A stretch of DNA of 57,111 nt, filler included, from Basidiobolus ranarum (Eukaryota): assembly GCA_040143965.1 (NCBI GenBank). It is 4 parts of 4 records of this genome, joined end to end, with 100 filler letters (N's around TTAATTAATTAA, not from the genome) between each part and the next. Parts side by side here need not be neighbours in the genome. Positions count along the whole stretch, not along the records: positions 28,649 to 42,836 come from JASJQH010007312.1; positions 42,937 to 57,111 come from JASJQH010007313.1; 2 more parts are not named here. One strand, written 5' to 3'. A program made the position numbers and the translations under genes. The notes under the pieces were generated by a model, which was given only the letters and a program-made list of their open reading frames with translations, did no database searches and had not been told where the DNA came from. Position 1 is the stretch's first letter. Each line of letters begins with the position of its first letter. This document shows positions 35,842 to 48,563 of the stretch, piece after piece.

Positions 35842-36096
35842 ATGCCTATGATCACGTTGAAGGGACAACTCCCCGTCACAATCAACACCAAAGATCTACC
35901 AACAATGATGAATGAAGAGGGCTCTCCAACAAATTCTAAATCCGTCAGATTCAGTAGATTCGAAAAGGTTTACTTCACACACTCCTCAGAGGAATATGAC
36001 CGATCACCGGTTCGTTCACCACCTGTGGAAAACTCTGAACGAATTTTCATGTTCCCGCCACCTACCCTGGTGATGAACGCTTCATTAGTGAAATGA
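35842..36096 (+). CDS. 84-aa protein with a PP1-docking RVxF module
   Basis: KSVRFSRFEKVYFTHSSEEYDRS: RVxF plus a hydrophobic pair plus T-x-S-xx-E-Y-D-R, as in Bni4, neurabin and Phactr. TATTTATA near 35491 is followed by a pyrimidine-rich leader. Confidence 0.7.
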   Translation: MPMITLKGQLPVTINTKDLPTMMNEEGSPTNSKSVRFSRFEKVYFTHSSEEYDRSPVRSPPVENSERIFMFPPPTLVMNASLVK

Positions 36097-38529
36097 AGTG
36101 CAGGCACACGTTACCTTTAGGTTTTCGATAAATCTACTTTTCCGCTTCGTTATAGTCACTTGTCTTATTTTGCAATATTTCAAGTGAGTGTTTGCTTCGT
36201 TCTTTAGCAACAACGTGGTTCTTTTCTTGATTGGAAGGCGCTATTGTTTGAACTTGAGAATGAAGTTGTATTATTTCACATCTGCAGTCTTAGTGCCAAT
36301 TTATTTATAACACAACTTTCATTTTCATGCCAACTCTGTTTAAACTTAACCCCCTCCCTCTGTCTAGTGTTCCCACCATTGTCAGTAGTATTCAGTTGAT
36401 GGCAAAGATATAAAAGTTGAAAAAAACCATTCAAGTTAATAGTGCTGACATATTTGGATGTACTCTCTTGAATTAATAAGGTAACATGACCGCTAATATA
36501 CACCGAAGTACACGATGATATTGCGTACTTCAATTAGAGTGGTATTTCTACTCCTCAATGAAAACCCTCCTTCTTATGGCCAAATACCATCAAAACTCTC
36601 TTCAATCGAAATGCTTCAATACCGAGATTAACCAAATACCAAAAACCCGAGAGCTTGAAAATTTGAAATACAAATGCGCCAACACGATAGCATGGCCACA
36701 TATTGTATTCCAATATCAACGGAAAACAATACAAATAGCCATGTGGAAGCAGTGGCTTGGATTGAAACTCTATTACAAGCAGTATTGAAGTGTGAGGTGA
36801 GATGCGATCATTAATATCTACTCTGTATCCTGTTAAAAAAAAGAATAGAATACATAAGCAGCATTCATAAATTTGGAGGTAATTACTTGAAGATCTGCGT
36901 GTGAGTCTATGTCTTCTCTCTCGTTAAAAATATTCGGAGTTTATACTAATCGTTGAAGTAACTCAAACATAAAGGTGGGACATTCTAATATGCAAGATCT
37001 GGAAAGGTAGCAATTGATCAAAGTATCTTTTTGCTAGTGGAAGCGATACATTTGTTCACAGTAATTCCATTCAAAACTTATTAGAGCTCTTGGAATTCTT
37101 CAATTTTGCCAATGTTATGCAAAAAGTGATTCAATACAGTGCATTCTAAGCTCTATTCAAGCAACTATCTAGTTTTCAGTGCCCAAATGGTGATAAATAA
37201 TAACCCAGTAGTAATGTACGGAAGTGCTACTTATTGTGTATCTCACTGAAGTGAAAGTTCTACCAAGTATACTGAAATTTGTTATTATAGAATATTCACA
37301 TAATGCCTTGTTTACTTAAAACTATAGTGTAAATCATACAGACACTTATTGAGCACAATGTGAGCAATATCATAATTAGGAATAACATATATCTGGTCTA
37401 GAACCTAAACAATTTATTACTGATTTTCCAAATACTGTATTGATGCAAATCTTAGTTAGGTTAAGCATCTTTTTGCACCAAAACCATAGATTGATAAATA
37501 TGGTCTAATATGCTATGTTACAAGAGGTCCAAAGCATGATGATGCAGCTTGCATAATTATTGTATACATCCAAAGTTATCTCTAAGCAATCTTTTATGCA
37601 AAAAGCTCTTAGTTTACATAGTTTAAATTAAAAATCCCACTATTGATAACAACAATTGCAGGACCCTATTTGTTTCTCTTATGGTGGCAAATGTGTGCAT
37701 CTAATTGAGGTCTATCCACCAAAATATCTCTGGCAGCTTGACACATTCTATGAAATGGGAAAAGACTTTTCACCTCAACAGGACCATCAGGATCTGGATA
37801 ATATTTATATGGAATATACTGGGATATCTCAACATACCTACTATCAGTACTCATGCCATTGAAGTATTTCTTGTGATATAGCCTATCAACAGTTAATCAG
37901 TTATGACCACCAGTGTAATCCAAATACCTCATGATTATTTAAAGCTGGCAAGTCTTCTCAATTAACTTGGGATGATTCATATCACTATCACTCCAATTTC
38001 AACACAATCATGTTCTTTACTTTATATATCATCTTCGGACAATTTAAATAACCTTGGGGACTTTGAGTTTGAACTCGGGTTAGGACAGTTTGTATTTTTC
38101 AGTGATACCTTGTGCGGACAATACTCCAAGTACCTTAAGGTAGGCTGTGGCAAGTACTCAATCCATTAATCTATAATCTGGTGACTTAGTAAAATACTAT
38201 TTATTAAAATGTTGACTCTCGATATTACCTGTTAGTTTGGTAGACTCCACCTAATGATCACCTTTATATATTACCGCTAGGATATAGAGTGAGTGTTGAA
38301 ATAGAGTTATGGAAAAGATATTGCATAGAGTTCAGAGTACATTTCATCATTTACAAACTCTACGATAAAATTGCTAATATTCAGATGAGTGACTTGGTCT
38401 AACTACATTTGATTCAGTAATTACCGAAGCCACACTTTTCTTATAAAAAATCTGAAGTACACCAATGCATTACTAGGCTACTGTCTTGACTAACAATCGT
38501 CACAGAAAGCCATCTCTCTGATACTTACT

Positions 38530-39109
38530 ATGACCCAATATCACTAACTCTCATCCACAAATACTGGAAAGTATAGCCGATCTCATCATGGCCATCAACA
38601 TAAAAACGGTGGACAGGAAAATAAACATGAAAGAGATTCGATTGGAAGACGTTACCAACAGAATCTTTCTCTTTCTCGCCATGACCCATAGTACGAATAG
38701 GAAAGAGGTTGGGCTGGATAATGAAGTTAACAGAACTACCCTCATTCCCGCTATAGTCCGAAGGAAGGTGGCTTTTATAGGGCCAATTGGGGTATGGTAT
38801 TGAGGGGGGGGGGTTCGGGCTCGCTTTAGTCAGGGAGGATTGGCTGTGAGATCAGCCGTCTTCCTCTCTACCCCCCTCAGGCCGATCGCCAATTCAAGGG
38901 GGACCACCCAAGGGTTGCCTGGTGGGTTGGGGTGGGGGACTTTCCCGAGCGAAGTCAAAGGATGGATGGTTTCCTCGGCCCATCCCTAAATCGGTCCTCA
39001 AACCCCACCCTGCACCTCCTTTGAGGATGATGAGTACGAAAAAGGCTGGACTGGAAGACGTGGTCAACAAAATTACCCTTGCTCCAGCCATGGCCATCAG
39101 TATGAATAG
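38530..39109 (+). pseudogene. Decayed gene for a hydrophilic protein with 24-aa (72-bp) repeats
   Basis: ATG at 38530 after TATAAAAA near 38442. Repeat units at 38629-38700, 38701-~38760 and 39038-39109, consensus about E(R/K)GW.GRR.QQNYP.S.HGHQYE. Several in-frame stops. Confidence 0.5.
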
Positions 39110-39890
39110 GTTATAAACTGAAGCTGAATGAATTTGTAAATAAATCGCAAGTACACGCAAATATTTGCCTAAGTTTTGGGAGTTGGTTTAATTTGGATTC
39201 AGAGAGATTTAAGGGTTTTGGCATAGGATCAAATAAAACAACATCCATTTATAAGGGAACTATTATGAAACAATATTATGTTCATTGTAGCGTTACTAGG
39301 ATGTAAGTTACCATCCGCAGACATCCATCAAAATAACGTCATTATAAGATATTGCCAAAACTGAACATTTTGTAGAGATAGTACATTAAATAGTGTATGA
39401 TACGTGGCAGGTGAGTGAGATCCAACAAAAAGAAATAGATAAGATTCAAGGTAGTTTTCAGTTCATTTAGATCTTCAGTTCACTCCTATCACTACCATAT
39501 TCTTAACTGTAACCCACAATACATTTAAGCCACATTGATTGAGAATCGCTGACACGTACTCCCCTCTTATTGTAAGTTGTACTTTTCTGGAAATTATCCA
39601 TATTTAGTTAGCCTAAGGGTCAGGTGAGCCCAACTAAGAATTTGATAGGTGGCGAGTAAAAAAAATCAATTGACAAATTAAATCCAATCAATGAAAAACT
39701 TGACGATCCTCCAATGATTATTGTTGACCGCAAATAGCTGTTGGTAGAGAAAGGCTCGTAGTTCTTCGAACTGCAAAGTATGAAGAGAGAATTGTGATGT
39801 GTTGTCAATGTAGTTTATTCTAAATATTATAAACAAAGATGCTTTCTATAGCCGGTTGTATACAACTGGCTTGATTCTCGATCAAGAGAT

Positions 39891-40983
39891 CTAATTGCAG
39901 CCGCTTCCAAACTCAATATCCCAGTATTTGAGATGGGCAGCCACACTCATAGGGAATTGCCCGGCATTGCAGTTGGAATCTTCAACAATGACATCATTAA
40001 CTACATCATGGCAATTGACAGTGGATTCGTCATAGTTAATCCAAACCTCTTGCGGGGTATGAAGGAATCCAAAGATTTCCGGAGGAACTCTGGGCACAAT
40101 ATCATTCTGGTTAGTGACTCGACAAATCCTTTTGAAATCATCATCACCATTGTTGAACGTAGAGTAGGCCAAGTCTGCAAATGCTGCATTACCAACTCTA
40201 GGTGATCCGTAGTTATGTAAGTGAATCCTGTCCACATCAACTACACCTAATAACGAACGAGCAAAGGAATCTTGGTGCTCTGGATTAAGGTATATCCGTT
40301 TGATATCTAAGGCTCCTAAAGTGGCAACAGCAGCACCCTATATAGAATTAGTTATCAGATCCAAAAAGTCATTCTGAATAGTTTCTTACCAGTGAGTGTC
40401 CAGTAATAAGTAGTTCATAGTCGGAGGAATTGGTTCCAATCATAGAAAGGGTTTTGGCCAACCCTGATCTTACCTGTTTCTCAACACTAGTGTAGGTTTC
40501 ATAGAATCCACGATGGACCTCAGTGTCAGGAGATGCATTGGGGTATACATATTTCCTAGGGAAGAAATCCAAATCCATTATCCAATTTTCAAGGTTGGAG
40601 GTTCTTGAAAGAAAGTTCAGTTTCATTATCACAAGCACAGTCATAGATATTGAAAATTTTCAATAAACTCACCCTCTGAAGCTTACGACAATCTTTTTAT
40701 CTTGTTTGTTGTATCCGATATATCCTGCCATTTCGGTGTCACTGTTTTCGATGTAAGTAGTGACGTTAAGCTCGCCAACACACCGGTCTCCACAAGACCA
40801 ATCCAAGATATTCTCTTCAAGACAGTAGGCAGCTGAAGCATATTTAGCTGAAGTCTTTAGCATGGACAAGACCGAGCTCTCAACTGGGTAATACGGATCA
40901 GTAGATTTTGGATGATCCCAGTCTCCCCAGGGGAAAGAGGCGGCATAGCCACAAAATAGAAGGTAGATGCTCTTGGATAACAT
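39891..40983 (-). CDS. Secreted class 3 (Rhizomucor-type) triacylglycerol lipase
   Basis: Exons 40983-40673, 40603-40390 and 40337-39891. Signal peptide MLSKSIYLLFCGYAAS, VVSFRGTSN, VHRGF, nucleophile elbow GHSLG, YGSPRVGN, catalytic Asp in NDIVPRVP and catalytic His in AAHLKY. Confidence 0.93.
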
Positions 40984-42539
40984 TGTAGGATGAATGTCAT
41001 ACAACAGTATTCACTACTTATATACATTTCTTTCAAGTTGAAGCTAAAAGGCCAAATACTGAATGGGAATAGATAAGTACTTTGAGTAGTCTAGGCACCA
41101 CGTAAAGTGTGGGTTTTTGCGAACTTGGAAGATTACAAGTCCAGTGGTCATTTATGTTTGATAGCGTAACATTCTAGTTATTTGTATACTCAGGTTACTT
41201 ACCAAAGCCTACACCATTCAGAACATATCGTGGTTTGTGCCATAAGATTGGCGATGAACCGTTAAAATGGAAACAATTGCCTTCGCAATAGTTGTTGTCA
41301 TGTAATGACCAAGCCCTTTCAAAACAAATTCTTTTTGTAGATGTGATGCTCAATAACATTAGGGATATGTAATTTAATATTTTTAAATGTATTCATAAAT
41401 CAAATGAAGAGTGAAGTTACAGCATCTGTTGACTTTACGTGAAACGTTTAGGGAATTTATCACTACTGACAACTAATTACTCGAAACCTTATATGTGATT
41501 TATACCACAATACACTATATGGAACACTCGGTATTGTAGGTAACACAACGGTTGTACTCTGTTCAAGCTAGATAAAGCATATTGCTTTAAGTCGTAAGCA
41601 CCCCAGTGACAAGTGCATACAATCATCTTTGAATATTGATCACATAGACTGGGAGAGAAATTCACCTACGCGGGTTAAATGGCCCTTAGCCCTAACCCTA
41701 ATTCTACTCTTTTTTGCATGATCTTAGTATATAAATACTATGACTGGCCAATCAATTGAGCTCTGGCAATCCTGGATTTTGCATTTTCACTTTATTAATA
41801 TTGTATTGGATCATCAATCCTAACGATATAATATATTAGCAGCTGAAGAACTGAATACGGGCAGATAAAAAGCAGTTAAAGGGCTGATGGTAATATCATT
41901 CGTATTCCCTTAGCTGAGCAAGCCACTTTGCTTTTACAGTTTGAACAGCCGACGTATGAAGAAAATCACTCACGAAATGGTTACAAGATTGATAAGCAAT
42001 TAGGTTAAGCGTTATCCATGGTACACAGAGTTGAAAAATATGCGATATCCAGAACTTTGGACAAACTTAACAATCAACACGGAGAGTGTGTTTGTCGCAG
42101 TTATATGTGCGAATACAAAACCTAGTATCTCTTCTATTTGATTTACTCACAAACCCATACTAGTGTTAATGAAGCAGGTCAGGGGGGATGAAAAGCACCA
42201 TATGGTGTGAACCTTATTTAGCTTAAATCCTGCTCTAAACAAAGTGACAATCAAGACATTAATCTTTTAAGATATTGTGATAATATTGGATCATATCCAT
42301 ACTTAACCTGATGACCAATATATTTAAGTTCAGAGGATGTAAATATAGTGTTAAGGGGCAGTGGTGGTAAGCAGGAAGGAAGGTATTCAGTACAAACTAG
42401 ATGGACAATTGGACAAAAACCTGGAATAATAGGAATCAAGAAAGGTGTCTTAGAGGCAAGATATTGTTTCCAAAGGTCTAGCTGGAAGTCTATAGCAACA
42501 ATTTTAGGCTGTTTTGTTTAATGCAGCTGTAAAGCTAAC

Positions 42540-42836
42540 TCAGAAACAAGAGGATCATATTGTATCAAGTTCCAGCATGATAGTGCATTTGAAGATGGTA
42601 TAGCTAGCCATTTCTTAATCAGTGGAATTTTGCAGTCATTTAGTTGGAGTAGAAATCTTGCCCTGAGTAAAGCTACTCTAATATCATATGGGAAGAATCC
42701 AAAAGTTTCATTCAGAGCATGCTCTTAGGGAGTCTCAGGCAAGTCAGGCATCAGCAGCCTGAGGCAGTAGCTGATGAATCTATCAAGCTTAGAGTAGTCT
42801 CTTTGGTTGAGTAGGAGTAGATGTACTCCATATTCC
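42540..42836 (-). mobile_element. Degenerate non-LTR (LINE-like) retrotransposon remnant, RT C-terminal region
   Basis: Minus-strand translation from the gap: EYGVHLLLLNQRDYSKLDRFISYCLRLLM..P*EHALNETFGFFPYDIRVALLRARFLLQL. This resembles the post-RT pattern LEYG...CLR...R..LRA.FL of LINE ORF2 proteins. It has an in-frame stop and sits at a contig end. Confidence 0.5.
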
Positions 42837-42936
42837 NNNNNNNNNNNNNNNNNNNNNNNNNNNNNNNNNNNNNNNNNNNNTTAATTAATTAANNNNNNNN
42901 NNNNNNNNNNNNNNNNNNNNNNNNNNNNNNNNNNNN
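42837..42936. other. Assembly gap with TTAATTAATTAA linker
   Basis: Same 100-nt N/linker block. Confidence 0.97.
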
Positions 42937-44534
42937 CCGCCACCCCCCCACACCATCACGATCGTTATTCAAGTAAACCTCCCCAAAACCCCGGCACCCC
43001 GTGGGTGCACTCTCCCTATTTGGAAAAAAATCCCCAGTTACCACCCGCGACTGGGTAAATTTGGCTAATGTTTCCCAAAATATTGTGTGATGCACCACAT
43101 TAGATTGACAAATACTAAATATGGTGCCAATTGGCTGGGAATACCAATATTCACAGTCACAAACGATGCTGCGGTTCTGTCATTCTTGTAGCACTGAAGT
43201 TTGGTCTCCCTTTCTCCCATTCTCCCTCCCCACCCCCAATTCTAACGATGCCCCAAAATTTCGTTCCAAGATAACTTCCCCCCAATACAAGATTATTGAA
43301 ACAATGCGCGTGACAGATTTGAAGTGCACTTTTGTGCTATCTGCTCCGCAGCCAGGTTTGGCAAATCAACACTCATTATGATGACCAATCATTAGCAGCT
43401 TCTATACCGCAGCACATATGCGAAATGGACACGTTGCGAGTAGTTGAATGCTACTATTCTTCACTTCAACAATTGCAACTGCAACTGCAACCACAACCAC
43501 CACTGCTACTACCACCAGCAGCACATCGAATATAGGGATATGCAACCCATTTTTGTTTCCAAGCTTATCCGATGAATTTAAGATTTGAATGCCATCGTGA
43601 GGTTAAGCAAGTGACGCAAGGTTCATTGAAATAGATGAGAGTTCGCTATAAATATATCCAAGTGATTATCAAATCGATTCCCGATAGCTAATCTGAATGA
43701 TTCTCCTTCTATATTAAGCCTTCACTGTGTGTAATTCGAAACAGGTTAAGGGTTAGGGTTATGTAAAGAGTATTGATTGGTTGAGATAGCACTGTTGTCG
43801 ATGTTGAAACCCGCATTCCTTTGTGTTCTTAGTTAGGGCGTACATGCACTAATTCTCACTTTTTCTCACTGCTCTCAGCGAGCAACCTGTGACTAACCTT
43901 TTTATAGGGAATGGGGAAAGGTATGAAGTAACATGATGAAATGGATTTATTTGTTTTATTTAGCCTTTTATTTAGCCTCAGATATAGAGTATAAAATTAA
44001 GGTGCTATCGAGAAGTAGGGGTATTTTATCAATATGTGAGCTCATGTCTTGACCAAGGCTTGGCGAACCAGTCATTTATGGTAAAGAGCTGGTAAGCAAC
44101 GTGTCACTGTCAATATATTGTGACTCAACTGTAAACTCTTGTGTTATCTTCCTCAATATTGAGCCAAGACTTAAGTTTAACACAGCTGTAGCATTTATGT
44201 TTTTATTCAGCTTCTTTTCGTTCTACCTGACACATTCATTACATACAAAGATAAATTAGAGGGATATGAGCTGAGTGAATATGAAGGCAGAATATTACTC
44301 TCATTTAAGGACACTAACTTTGTAACAGTAAGATGTTGTGTTAATAAATAAGTAAATGCAAAAAATGCAACCAATATGCCATTCAAACATGAAATGTACA
44401 GTGGTAGATAACTGTGAATGCAGTGATTGTAAATGCAATATTGGAGCCAATTAAGCATCAGTGAAATATGCTATGTACATTTTCAACACAAGGAGATACA
44501 CCAAAGCCTATTGAATGCTGCTTTCCTTACTGTA

Positions 44535-44840
44535 TATTGTTGAAATTAACATAGTTCAATATGGAATAACTAAATACTAAGCTATATATGACTATATCGA
44601 TGTTTAGCCTAAGATATCACTCACTATTCTCAAGAGGAACTTAGAACATTTTAAGAACTTGTCCTAGTGGCTTCAGACTTTCCTGGGACCTTCCTTAACA
44701 CATTCTACTCGTTTGTTTGTTTACCTCTTGACAAAACTATAAATATCAGCTATCTACTCAATAAATCAATAAGTGAAAGCCACCAATTCTTCTAGTTCTC
44801 CAAACCACTTTCAACAAACTGCCAAAATACTTCAACATAT
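44535..44840 (+). repeat. Dispersed repeat family, copy B, with an internal ~55-bp inversion
   Basis: 44680-44840 matches 6320-6480 directly. 44557-44611 matches ~6188-6241 as a reverse complement. Confidence 0.8.
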
Positions 44841-45251
44841 ATTGCTATGTCTACATCAATATCGTTCTCAGTCTTAGCCTCAGTTGAAAGTAAATTTTTA
44901 GACTAACATCCAAATTATGCACAAGTTATTGCTAATGTCACAATTGTTGGGCAATCGTAGGTTTATTTGTTTAAATCATGGTAAACGACCAGATATTGTT
45001 ATATTATTCGGCTCGTTCCGAACCATTTATTATGATTCCCCCAGCTGCTGGCACTAGTCTTGATTTTCACGTGCTTAGTTACGCAGAGTTGATGAACAAA
45101 TAAAGAACATGTACCCCGACCGTTCCATTACACTTGTCCGGTCGGAAGGCTTAGGAGAGTGTAAGCAATCATCTTGGAAATTTAGCTATAAAAGTGGCTT
45201 ATAGAGCTGAAAATTTTATTAAAACTTACAATATCTTAATTCCACTTTAAA

Positions 45252-46667
45252 ATGGAACTAGAAACAAATAACGCTAAACCCAGTTACCTTACTCCTATTG
45301 ATCTCATCTTCCAACATCTTGAGACAGATGAGCATCCGATGACCTGCACCTCTATCTGGACTTTTAAAGAATCTTTAGATAAAGAGCTAGTCACTAAAGA
45401 GTTCCTTAACATGGTAGAGAAATATCCTAAATACCATCAGTGCGTCAAATCTCGAGGAAGTTTCAGAATGGCCGAATGGGTGGATTCCACGGACTTCAAA
45501 TTAGAGGACCACCTACACTTCATCACTCTTACAGATGGGACCAAGGAGGACGTAACTTCTTTCGGAGCACGGAATTTTGTCAAGCTAGATGGCACTAAGC
45601 CACTATGGAGTGCATATGTAATTGAAGGATTACAGGGTGGAGGTTCCGCTTTAATCAGTAAGTACACATGACTTTCACCTTGCAAAAGCAGATAACTGAT
45701 CTTTCTACTTTTAGTCCAAGCTCACCATTCTCTCAGCGATGGAATTGGTTTCCTCTACTGCATTCTATCTCTCACTTCAGCTCGTGACATCAAGCAAAAC
45801 TTCAAAAAGCCAATTGTAGCTACTAAGAAGGAGCCACTGACGATACGAGGTGTCTTTGATATGCTCTACTTACTTTTCTTGCAGTTCTTCTTAATGATCT
45901 TCAACTTCACCCAATCGTTCTTCTGGGAACTTAACCAGCTTGTCCAGACTCACCTAGTCCTTCGTAAATCGTTAACTCTCAATACCAAAGTGGACAAATT
46001 TACAAAGGGAATGAGCTGGTCCCAGCCAGTGGATTTGGACGATGTGAAGTTTTTGCGTCGTAAATACAACTGTACAGTTAACGACCTACTTACAACCATC
46101 TTAACCTTGGCAATTCGGAACTATCTCGCGGAGCATAATCTTTTGAACGACAAAACCTTCCGTTTCTTGATTCCAATGAGTGTACGTAGTTTTGGTGATC
46201 TCTCATTATCAAACCAAGTCGGCGCTTCCAGTTTATTTGTCCCCGTTGAGAGTTCCGACCTCACTAAGCTCTTGAAATCCATTCAATTCAATATGCTTTG
46301 TGCCAAGAATTCGGTAGAACCAGCTGTTACCTTCAATATCCTTGCCAAGTTCTCCTATCTTCCTTCTTCATGGTATATGCCCTTCTGTTCTTGGTATGCC
46401 AAACAGTATAATGGTGTTTTCACCAACATTCCTGGTCCACAAAAGTCGATTCAATTTGCCGGAGTGGACATTGAAAATTACGTCGTTTATCCACCACAAA
46501 ATGGACCTGGTGGCTTAGGAATGGGAGTGATATCATACAATAATAAGGTGGTAATATCGGTGATTACTGATGAGACCGATAAGACACCAGAACTTGCCAA
46601 AGGAATTGCCGAACAATTCAATTCTGAATTTGACCGAATCTTGAATGACGCCAAAAATGCCATCTAG
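45252..46667 (+). CDS. Wax ester synthase/diacylglycerol acyltransferase (WS/DGAT)
   Basis: Exons 45252-45657 and 45715-46667. KPLWSAYVIEGL, catalytic HHxxxDG (AHHSLSDG, directly after the intron), CTVNDLL, IPMSVR, LSNQVG, FTNIPGP and GVISYNNKV. TATAAAA at 45187-45193. Confidence 0.92.
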
Positions 46668-48563
46668 GTCATTACATCATATGACATGACCCATACTAAA
46701 TTAGACTACTTATTAATTTACTCATCAAATATACATCTACATACATTGCATTACCTAACCCTAACCCTACTTCAATAAATCACTATCTTACTACTCATAC
46801 TAGATAAATGCTAATTTCAACCAAGTAGTGAGTTTTAAATACACTGGTTTACTCATGTATTGTGTTTAATTCATACTCAATATATATGCCATACATCAAA
46901 GGGAAAACCAACTGTTTATCTTGAATATTAGTGAGCAATAACCCAGCATGGATTTAAACTCATCATAATACTGGCCATTTTTTCTTCATGTTCAATGTAC
47001 AAATTTTAGTTATTTTTAAGTCAACAGGCCACTAGGTAGATATCCCATATTCCTACACATCTACTGCGCACTTCCATATTGCTTCAAATGCTAATAATAT
47101 AATTCAGGTCCTGGGCCAAAGATATTGATATTGAATATGAATAAACTATCACGCTTCACAATATATAGTGCTCCAGTGGTTTACTGCATCCATTTGGAAT
47201 CTGCATTCTATCAAAAAAAATGGTATCCAGGAAAATATTTCAATACTCAAGACTAACTCAAGTCCTCTCATCACTCTCTTTTTCATTCATTAGATTTAAA
47301 AAATTCTGAGTTAAGTATGCCTGTAAGTAACCAACTTTTTTTTTTACCTGATGACTTAGGTGAAGTGCAAGTTCCAGCTCTTTATCCATCACAAAGCTTA
47401 TCCCAATCCTACTAAATTTGGTAGAAACACTCTCCTAGTATCCAAATTGCTTTGGATTGCTAGTAAATATCAACATAAACATTTCCTCTCACAAATATAT
47501 TATTTGAAAGGAATACCTTGGCTTGCACCATATGAATAGCTGTTCATGATCTCTTAAAGCAAGATATTTGTCTCATTCGAATACTCTCTCAGTTAACAAT
47601 AAATATGAGCTAGCTGCATTCATAAGAAATTCCTGAAATTCATTAATCTAGGGAAGGCATCAGTATTTATGCAATCTTCATCTAATATATGATACATACC
47701 CTTGTCCATCCCTCTACTCCTCCTTGACTAAATATAAATATCACCTAGCTCCTAATCAGAAAACATAGCTTACATACATTGTTGATATCTACACAAGTTT
47801 ACCATGAATAAGTAAGAAATAAAAGTAATTTGAAATCGGATAATTTAGACGAAAGCTAGGGTTAATGCAACTCGAATAGCGTGCTCCACTACAAGCTGCT
47901 CCACACCGGGGAAATGAGGACTATATCCTCAGTCATCGATCAATATTTCTATGCTGTGTTCTATGCTGTGAGTAGATCAATATTCTATACAATTCCACAC
48001 ATCGAGGCTACATGATTTCCGAAAATAACAAACAATGGAATCCGAGGGATATTGGGCGGATTGGGGGGTGATACTTGATTTTAAGGTTGGAGTTTAAACC
48101 TTCGATCACTTTCTAGTAGGTACTCGAAGTATTTTGATTCTCCACGTCAATCAATGGCGGGATGATGATTGGAGATTGCATCTAATATGCCCTAATCCTG
48201 CCCTAATTCCACTCTTACCACCGGTCATGTATTTTTTTTCTTGCATTCCATTTTTTAGGTACCCAAAGGTGCTCCCTAGAATAACTGATTATTGCTAGTG
48301 TTTGCCATTTTATTTACCTTAAAGATCACTTTTTTTTTCTTGACAGCGGGGATCACTATTTTGAAAAGCCTACCCCCTCCCTTGTTGTCATTCGATCAGG
48401 GCTATATTTCTTTTCTTTCTGTAGGAATTTTTCTTCTTCTGTTGATAATTACTTTTAACGTAACTTCACAGACCACGTTTAGTTGAATTCACCCAATTTA
48501 TTTGAGTTCCATACTCCCTTTTAATCCTTACGAAACATATTCAGTAAACGAAAGTAATTTATC

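Noticed and set aside
42937-43535. C-rich sequence and a CAACTG/CAC microsatellite ORF after the third gap
   Set aside because: Looks like low-quality contig-end sequence plus a simple repeat; no supportable gene.
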